In this document: positions 36,935-43,134 of the stretch, piece by piece
Numbering within the stretch: position 1 is the first letter of the stretch
How the letters are laid out: every line of letters starts with the position of its first letter
Assembly (NCBI GenBank): GCA_041739935.1
Contig: JBGSMX010000144.1
Location: forward strand, 1 to 43,134
DNA from: Coriobacteriia bacterium
GTDB lineage: Bacteria; Actinomycetota; Coriobacteriia; Anaerosomatales; JAGXFU01
DNA length: 43,134 nucleotides
Reading direction: 5' to 3'
The notes under the pieces: generated by a model
What the model saw: the letters and a program-made list of their open reading frames with translations, nothing else
Told to the model about the DNA's origin: nothing
The model's database searches: none
Position numbers and translations under genes: made by a program

Positions 36935-38204
36935 CGTGCCCCTCCTTATTGTTGTTGGGCGCCGCACGCTCAACAATGAGCTGCTTGAGGCGCGTTCCCT
37001 GCAAGTCCTCCACGACCACGCGCAGGCCTTCAATTTCCACCGCGTCGCCCTTTTCCGGGATGCGGCCCGCTACTTCGATAACCACTCCGCCGATCGTGTC
37101 TGACTCTGAGTCTATCGCGGTATCGAACTTCTCGTTGAAATCATCGACCGGCAGTCGAGCGTCAACCAGGAAGCGGCCGGCGCCCAGATCGGTCACGAGC
37201 GGCACCTGCAGGTCGTACTCGTCGAATATCTCGCCGACGATCTCCTCGATGAGGTCCTCGATAGTCACCAGACCCGCCGTACCGCCGTACTCATCGGCCA
37301 CGATCGCGATGTGAGTCCGCTCGCGCATCTCTATCAGGAGCTCCTGCACCGGCTTGGTCTCCGGCACGAAGAAGGGCTTGCGCGCGATGTCTCCTGGCCT
37401 GACGTCTCTGTCCCGCGCGATAGCGGCAAGCAGGTCCTTCGCGTACAGAACACCCCGAACATCGTCGACCGTGTCGTGGTAGACAGGAAGCCGCGAGTAG
37501 CCCGCCCCTTCGATGACTCCGATTGCTTCGAGTGCCGTCGCGGTGTCCGGGATCGACGTCATGTCCGTGCGAGGCACCATCACTTCGCGTACCACCTTCT
37601 CGGCGAAGTCGGAGACGGCCTCGAGCAAGGCCTCCTCGGCCTCCTCGCGCACGCTCTCCTCATCGTCGGGCGTCGATGAACGATACTCGTCCACACTCAT
37701 CCACGGGCTGCCGGCTGCATACTCTCCGACCGTGAGGCGCATCAGCCACGTCCAGGGCGCCGAGAGCAGCCGGGCAGGCATGTAGAGCACCCGGCTCAGT
37801 CTCGACGTGATGGGCGCGAACGCGAGCGCCACGCCTTCGGGATTCTGGACCGCGATCGTGCGAGGAAGTGCCTGGCCGAACGTGAACACCACGACCAGTC
37901 CTGCCGCCGCGCCCAGTATCGCCGAGAATGCCCCGCCCAGGTCGGTGTCCAGATAGAGCATCGACGCTGCGACAACCGCTGCGGTCACGTATGCCAGCGC
38001 CGAAGTGAACGCGCCGGCGGCGCGAAACCGGTGGGGCATATCCATGACCTGATCCAGCGCCTCGGCACCGGGTCGCTCGGCTTCGACGAGGCGCAAGACC
38101 CGTCCAGCCGACACGAGCGTCGAAGCCGCTACGCCTGCGGACATGACCGCGGCAAGCGCGGTCACTGCAAGCACGACTGCCACGGCAATCAGCCACTCGA
38201 TCAT
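36927..38204 (-). CDS. Hemolysin-family CNNM/CBS/CorC protein (probable Mg2+/Co2+ transport-related)
   Basis: DUF21-like TMs (FGQALPRTIA), VREVMVPR, YSRLPVY, VADEYGGTAGLVTIEDLIEEIVGEIFDEYD, CorC domain. Confidence 0.93.
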   Translation of the reverse strand: MIEWLIAVAVVLAVTALAAVMSAGVAASTLVSAGRVLRLVEAERPGAEALDQVMDMPHRFRAAGAFTSALAYVTAAVVAASMLYLDTDLGGAFSAILGAAAGLVVVFTFGQALPRTIAVQNPEGVALAFAPITSRLSRVLYMPARLLSAPWTWLMRLTVGEYAAGSPWMSVDEYRSSTPDDEESVREEAEEALLEAVSDFAEKVVREVMVPRTDMTSIPDTATALEAIGVIEGAGYSRLPVYHDTVDDVRGVLYAKDLLAAIARDRDVRPGDIARKPFFVPETKPVQELLIEMRERTHIAIVADEYGGTAGLVTIEDLIEEIVGEIFDEYDLQVPLVTDLGAGRFLVDARLPVDDFNEKFDTAIDSESDTIGGVVIEVAGRIPEKGDAVEIEGLRVVVEDLQGTRLKQLIVERAAPNNNKEGHDA

Positions 38205-38228
38205 GAGTAGTCTCCGTATCCGGTCATC

Positions 38229-38930
38229 TCAGCCCAAGAATACCTGAAATACGACGGTGCTGATGAGCAGCCCCAGCACTGCGCCGAAGAACACCTGCGG
38301 GATGGTGTGAGTCTCGCTCTCTACGCGGCTTTGGGCAACGAGACCTGCGATGAACAGCCCCAGTACCAGCGCCGATGGGCTCTGAGTCGCATACCCGATG
38401 GCGCCCGCGGCAGCTGTAGCGAGTGCGGTGTGCCCTGACGGCCATCCGCCGTGAAGCCACGTGCCCTCGCCGGCAAGCGCCTTGAAAACGAGCACGGCGA
38501 GCGCCGTGAGCGCGAGTGCGAGCACGGTCAGATGCACGGGCGCCTGCTTGACGATCGTGAATCCGCGGTCCGCTAGGCGCGTGAGTCGCTCGAAGAACAC
38601 CACGTAGCCGACGCCCACTGCACTCAGGGATGCGATGAGCACCCCACCGGCCGCGACGTCCTTAGCGACCTTGGCCATGGGATCGAACCCGTCGATAGCC
38701 AGGTCCACCGTGGCCTCGACGGCCGTATTGATCAGCTCTGCGGTGATGACAAGCGCGATCGCGAAAATCAGCGCGATGAGCTCGAGCCGAGACACCCTCA
38801 AGACGACCCCGAGGCTCAGAACGACAGCGGCAGCGAGTACGTGGAGCCGCATGTTGCGCTGTGTGCGAAGCGCGTACACGATTCCGTCGATCGCGTAGTT
38901 GAAACTCCACAGGAGCGAGCGGCTCCTCAC
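38229..38930 (-). CDS. dgkA: DgkA-type diacylglycerol/undecaprenol kinase fused to a PAP2-like domain
   Basis: SFNYAIDGI...QRNMRLH, AELINTAVEATVDL, AKVAKDVAAGGV; C-terminal PSGH and QSRVE...H. Confidence 0.92.
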   Translation of the reverse strand: MRSRSLLWSFNYAIDGIVYALRTQRNMRLHVLAAAVVLSLGVVLRVSRLELIALIFAIALVITAELINTAVEATVDLAIDGFDPMAKVAKDVAAGGVLIASLSAVGVGYVVFFERLTRLADRGFTIVKQAPVHLTVLALALTALAVLVFKALAGEGTWLHGGWPSGHTALATAAAGAIGYATQSPSALVLGLFIAGLVAQSRVESETHTIPQVFFGAVLGLLISTVVFQVFLG

Positions 38931-38951
38931 GACTCTCCCCCCACCGTGCGA

Positions 38952-39398
38952 TCACATGGTGTCGGCATACGCCCCCAGAAGTGCCTGCTCGCGCTGTTGC
39001 ATCACCGATGCGTCTTCATCAGTGTCGTGATCGTAGCCCAGCAAGTGCAAGATGCCGTGGACGAGCAGCAGGTTCAGCTCCTCCTCGACCGTGTGACCCA
39101 GTTCCGTGGCTTGTTCCTCGGCGATTTCTGGTGCGATGACTACGTCGCCCAGAGTGATCGGCTCGTCGCTCTCGACCGGGCAGGGGTCATCACAGCCAAA
39201 CGACAACACGTCGGTCGGACCGTCCTTGCCGCGAAAACGGGAGTTGAGTTCCGTCATCTCCTCGATATCAACGATTGCGAGCGAGAGTTCCGATGAGTCA
39301 GGGGCGTCCTCGCGGTCCAGCACGAAAGCCGCGAGACGCTCGAATGCTCCCAGATCCAAAGGCTCAGGATCGCGATGGCTCGTGATGCTGATGTGCAC
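38952..39398 (-). CDS. ybeY: rRNA maturation endoribonuclease YbeY
   Basis: LNSRFRGKDGPTDVLSF, LGDVVI, HGILHLLGYDH. GTG start with a GGAGG RBS. Confidence 0.96.
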   Translation of the reverse strand: MHISITSHRDPEPLDLGAFERLAAFVLDREDAPDSSELSLAIVDIEEMTELNSRFRGKDGPTDVLSFGCDDPCPVESDEPITLGDVVIAPEIAEEQATELGHTVEEELNLLLVHGILHLLGYDHDTDEDASVMQQREQALLGAYADTM

Positions 39399-41478
39399 TC
39401 TCGGACCTCCCGGGTTCTGTGTCGGGGTACTCGATTCGAGGATGATACATGCTCGCGAGCATCGAGGAGCAGACCTTGATCGTCTTCTCGATATCTGCAA
39501 GCGTCAGATCTGCATCATCGAGCTGACCGTCCGCCATCTTGCCGGCAACGACCTTGCGTACGGTGGCCTCGATCCGCGGAGGCGTCGGCTGTTTGATTGC
39601 GCGCACGGAGGCCTCGGCTGAGTCGGCGAGCATGACCAGCGCCGCCTCCCGCGACTGTGGGCGCTCTCCGTCGTAGCGAAAATCACCCTCGTAGACCTGG
39701 GCGGATTCGTTCGTAGCCTTGTTGTAGAAGTAGCTCACGAGGGACGTACCGTGATGTTGCCGAATGATATCGACGATTTCGTCGGGCAATCTGTGCTTGC
39801 GCGCCATGTCGATGCCCTCGCGTACGTGTGCGGTGATGATGATCGCCGACAGCGACGGCGCGGTCGTGTCATGCGGATTGAGTGATCCGGCCTGGTTCTC
39901 GACGAAGAATCCCGGACGGCGCGTCTTGCCGATGTCGTGGTAGTACGCGCCCACCCTGGCCAGCAAGGGGTTGGCTCCGATGGCGTCAGCGGACGCCTCG
40001 GCGAGATTCGCCGTCACGATCGAGTGACTGTACGTCCCCGGCGCCTTCACCATAAGCTCTCTGAGCAGCGGATTGGCGGGATTGGATAGCTCGAGAAGAC
40101 GAATGTCGGTCGTCACGCCGAAGATATGCTCGAAGAAGGGCAACAACCCGTAGCCGAGCACGGCTGACAGCATGCCGCCCACCGCACCGGCAACACCGGC
40201 ACTCAGGGCCTCGTCCAGAGGCAGACCGGACGCATACGCTGCGGTGAAGCCGACCGCGGAACCCGTCATGATCAGGAACCCGCCCACGTAGAACAGCTGT
40301 CGACGCTCGGTCATGAACGAAATAGCGACGACCGAGAACATGGACCAGACAAGCATCGCGACCACCTGAGCGCCACCCGAGAAGCCGAGTAGCACTGCCG
40401 CGAGCGAAGTGAGGATAGCAACGAGCATTCCCTCGCGCGCGCTGATCAGTAGCGTGGCCAGCATCGCAGCAAGCGGGACCGGCAAGAAGTAGAGCGACAC
40501 CTCAGGCAAGAGCCACAGTATGCCGCGGGTCACCCACACCATCCCGACGAACAGCGACGATATGATCAACAGATCGCGGAAGCTATCCCACACCGCACGG
40601 TCATAGCGCCACACGTACGCTCCGCCCGCAGTGATCATCATCGCGGCCAGGGTGAGCAAAGCCATCAAAGACAGAACCGACGAGCCCTGATCGAGCAGTC
40701 CCAGCTGCTTGATGATCTCGAGATGCTCCGCTGTCACGATCTCGCCGCGCTGGACGATGTTCTCTCCGGCCTGCTTGGCGATGACAACCGGCACGACCGC
40801 TTCTGAGGCGGCCTCACGCGCGGCCTCTGTGGCGGTGGGATCCAGAACAAGCGTCGGTCGCATGGCAGTCTCGATAACGGCGGCGATAACGTCGCGCACT
40901 TCGCCCGAGAACGGCAGGCTTGCTGCGCTTTCGCGCATCTGAACGACTGCGTCCGGGAGCTCCTCGGCGGTGAAACGGCTGTTCAGCACTGTGGTGATCA
41001 ACTGCTCGGCAGATCCGCGCACCTCTCGAAGCTCGGCCTCACCGACCACAGACGTGATCTCCACGAGTTCCTCGTCGAGATCGGGGAACTCGCGACCCAG
41101 CACCTCCGCAACGGCTGTGGCGTCGTCGGAGTGCTCGGCTGCGGCGGAGATGGCCTCATCGAAGTACGCCGTCACGTCGTCGCGGGAAGCTGCAAGTGCC
41201 TCTGCGTCAAACACGTAGACCGGCACCACCGCATTGGCCGCATCTTCGCGCGCGAGCTCTGTCGCCATCTCGTCCACGAACTGCACGGTACGGTTCGCAC
41301 GGAAGGTCCGGGGCGAGGGTGAGCCCTGAGTCAGTCCGATCGGCGGCGCCTGCAACACGAGGGGCACCGCCGTCAGGATCACGACGAATACGCCCAGAAG
41401 GATGCGCTGAACCAGAGGGTCAGCCAGTGGCCCACTTCGGGGAACGAGACGCTTGAAGTTGTCGACGAGGCTAGGCAT
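39364..41478 (-). CDS. 7TM-HD phosphohydrolase (PgpH/YqfF-like, putative c-di-AMP phosphodiesterase)
   Basis: Extracellular domain ending GENIVQRGEIVT, about 7 TMs, LLELSNPANPLL..L..KAPGTYSHS, YYHDIGK, QHHGT, LADSAEA; conserved position between phoH and ybeY. Confidence 0.93.
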   Translation of the reverse strand: MPSLVDNFKRLVPRSGPLADPLVQRILLGVFVVILTAVPLVLQAPPIGLTQGSPSPRTFRANRTVQFVDEMATELAREDAANAVVPVYVFDAEALAASRDDVTAYFDEAISAAAEHSDDATAVAEVLGREFPDLDEELVEITSVVGEAELREVRGSAEQLITTVLNSRFTAEELPDAVVQMRESAASLPFSGEVRDVIAAVIETAMRPTLVLDPTATEAAREAASEAVVPVVIAKQAGENIVQRGEIVTAEHLEIIKQLGLLDQGSSVLSLMALLTLAAMMITAGGAYVWRYDRAVWDSFRDLLIISSLFVGMVWVTRGILWLLPEVSLYFLPVPLAAMLATLLISAREGMLVAILTSLAAVLLGFSGGAQVVAMLVWSMFSVVAISFMTERRQLFYVGGFLIMTGSAVGFTAAYASGLPLDEALSAGVAGAVGGMLSAVLGYGLLPFFEHIFGVTTDIRLLELSNPANPLLRELMVKAPGTYSHSIVTANLAEASADAIGANPLLARVGAYYHDIGKTRRPGFFVENQAGSLNPHDTTAPSLSAIIITAHVREGIDMARKHRLPDEIVDIIRQHHGTSLVSYFYNKATNESAQVYEGDFRYDGERPQSREAALVMLADSAEASVRAIKQPTPPRIEATVRKVVAGKMADGQLDDADLTLADIEKTIKVCSSMLASMYHPRIEYPDTEPGRSESAHQHHEPSRS

Positions 41479-42445
41479 CGGCTTTCTGAGCCTTAGCCTC
41501 CTCGTATTCTCCGTAGGCGGTAACGATCCGCTGCACCAATTTGTGCCGCACCACATCGCGTGAGCCCAGGTCGATGAACTCGATTCCCTTCACTCCCGCG
41601 AGGATGTCGCGTACCTGGTTGAGGCCGGAGGCCCCTTTGGGCAGGTCGATCTGGGTGACATCGCCCGTGATAACGACTTTGGAGCCGAAACCCAGGCGCG
41701 TCAGGAACATCTTCATCTGCTCGGGGCTGGTGTTTTGCGCCTCGTCCAGAATGATGAAACTGTCGTTGAGCGTACGACCGCGCATGAATGCAAGCGGGGC
41801 GACCTCTATCACGCCGCGGTCCATCAGCTGCTGCGAGCGCTCCATGTCCATCATGTCGAACAGCGCGTCGTAGAGCGGCCGCAAGTAGGGGTCGACCTTC
41901 TCAAAGAGCGTTCCCGGCAAGTAGCCAAGGGACTCGCCTGCTTCGACCGCCGGGCGCGTCAAGATCATCCGCCCGATCTCGCGCTTCTTGAGCGCGTCAA
42001 CCGCCATTGCCATGGCCAAATAGGTCTTGCCGGTGCCGGCGGGTCCGATCCCGAAGGTCACCGTATTCTCGCGTATCGCGTCGACATAGCGCTTCTGGCC
42101 TGCGGTTTTAGGCCGGATTGCCTTGCCTTTATGGCTGAGTATCAGGTCGGAGTGCAGCGCCGAGGGACTGCACTCGCCTTCCCTGAGCATGTCGATCGAA
42201 CGCTCGACGTTGTCACGCGTCAGGCGCTCGCCCTGTTCGATCAGCGAAATCATCTCCGTGAACAGCGAGGACACGGCCTGGCTCTCGCCCGGCTGACCCA
42301 CGATCGTGATCTGGTTGCCTCTGACGGAGATGTTTGACTCGAACTGGTCCTCGATGAGCCGGAGCAAATCATCGCCCTGACCCAGCAGGTCGGTCATGTT
42401 CAGTTCGGGCGGGACGACGAGACGGATCTGAGTCGGTTCCACCAA
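41471..42445 (-). CDS. phoH: PhoH-like ATPase
   Basis: GPAGTGKTYLA, RPAVEAGESLGYLPG, APLAFMRGRTL, DEAQN, TGDVTQIDLP, DVVRH. Confidence 0.97.
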   Translation of the reverse strand: MVEPTQIRLVVPPELNMTDLLGQGDDLLRLIEDQFESNISVRGNQITIVGQPGESQAVSSLFTEMISLIEQGERLTRDNVERSIDMLREGECSPSALHSDLILSHKGKAIRPKTAGQKRYVDAIRENTVTFGIGPAGTGKTYLAMAMAVDALKKREIGRMILTRPAVEAGESLGYLPGTLFEKVDPYLRPLYDALFDMMDMERSQQLMDRGVIEVAPLAFMRGRTLNDSFIILDEAQNTSPEQMKMFLTRLGFGSKVVITGDVTQIDLPKGASGLNQVRDILAGVKGIEFIDLGSRDVVRHKLVQRIVTAYGEYEEAKAQKADA

Positions 42446-42537
42446 ACGAACAAGTTCCTTTCATCGCGCCGACCGCAGCCGGCTTGTGTACGGTTCGCCC
42501 TTCCGGGCGGAGCATTCGTCCGCGATTTTCTGCACCG

Positions 42538-42546
42538 ATTCTACCA
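42538..42546 (-). promoter_or_regulatory. Candidate extended -10 promoter for the phoH operon
   Basis: TGG-TAGAAT (TGn plus hexamer) on minus in the mtaB-phoH gap. Confidence 0.5.
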
Positions 42547-42568
42547 CGCGTGACTGACCAAACGCCGT

Positions 42569-43134
42569 TCAGCGCCGCTCTGCACGCACGCGACCGTCCA
42601 TTGGGCCGAGGAGTCGCACAGCAACTATCTCCCCGGTTTCTACCCCCACCGACGGCATACTCACCTTGAGGTAGTCCTCGGTCGTGCCGTGAGCCATCCC
42701 TGCCGAGACACGCTCCACCAGCACACGTGCGTTCCCACCTTGCCGTGAGGCCGCATATCGAGCTGCCAGCGTGTGACCGAGCCCGCGCAGTGCAACCGCA
42801 CGAGCGGCGCTCTCTGGTGCGGCCACCTGATCCGGCAAGTCCGCGGCCACCGTTCCCGGTCGCCTCGAATACCTGAACACGTGCAGCCTGGAGAAGCCCG
42901 CCCTTTCGCACGCCTGACGGGTGAGCCTGGCATCATCTTCGGACTCACCCGGGAACCCCACCATCACGTCCGTTGTTATCGCCAGTCCGGGCAGCGCCTC
43001 GCGCGCTAAGGCCAATCTACGCTCGAACTCTGACATCACGTATCCGCGTCCCATGGCGGCGAGGATCCGATCGGAGCCCGACTGCAGCGGCACGTGGAGG
43101 TGCGGTGCGGCGGCGGAGTGCTCGCGCATCACCG
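42569..43134 (-). CDS. mtaB: tRNA methylthiotransferase MtaB/MiaB family, C-terminal part (5' truncated by the window)
   Basis: HLHVPLQSGSDRILAAMGR, TTDVMVGFPGES, LHVFRYSRRPGT. The HVF motif and the position upstream of phoH favour MtaB. Confidence 0.88.
   Translation of the reverse strand, partial: VMREHSAAAPHLHVPLQSGSDRILAAMGRGYVMSEFERRLALAREALPGLAITTDVMVGFPGESEDDARLTRQACERAGFSRLHVFRYSRRPGTVAADLPDQVAAPESAARAVALRGLGHTLAARYAASRQGGNARVLVERVSAGMAHGTTEDYLKVSMPSVGVETGEIVAVRLLGPMDGRVRAERR

Overview
High-GC bacterial chromosome segment, most consistent with Actinomycetota class Coriobacteriia. That placement is an inference from the GC-rich codon usage, the two-subunit GlyQ/GlyS, the Firmicutes-like phoH-to-rpoD gene order and the monoderm-type polysaccharide locus. 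There are three parts. (1) 775-17887, minus strand: a Wzx/Wzy-type surface polysaccharide locus (Wzc-like BY-kinase, Wzy/O-antigen-ligase-like protein, three GT4 glycosyltransferases, GNAT, DegT aminotransferase, phosphoglycosyl transferase, CapD/PglF dehydratase, flippase, acyltransferase-3, SGNH lipoprotein). It is headed by an unusual envelope module: PASTA-amidase, an apparently catalytically degenerate LCP protein and an internally duplicated membrane protein. (2) 17899-19780: divergent tRNA-Ile2(CAT) and tRNA-Asn(GTT), plus a REC-PAS-HD-GYP gene. (3) 19788-43134, minus strand: a conserved housekeeping run, mtaB-phoH-7TM/HD-ybeY-dgkA/PAP2-CNNM-cdd-era-deoC-recO-ycxB-glyQ-glyS-ppsR-ppdK-hyp-dgt-hppA-dnaG-rpoD. 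I saw no CRISPR array, transposase, integrase or defence system. The best candidate for undescribed biology is the tRNA-led amidase / pseudo-LCP / tandem-domain / C-terminally anchored Wzc module. All calls come from motif recognition by eye; no searches were run.
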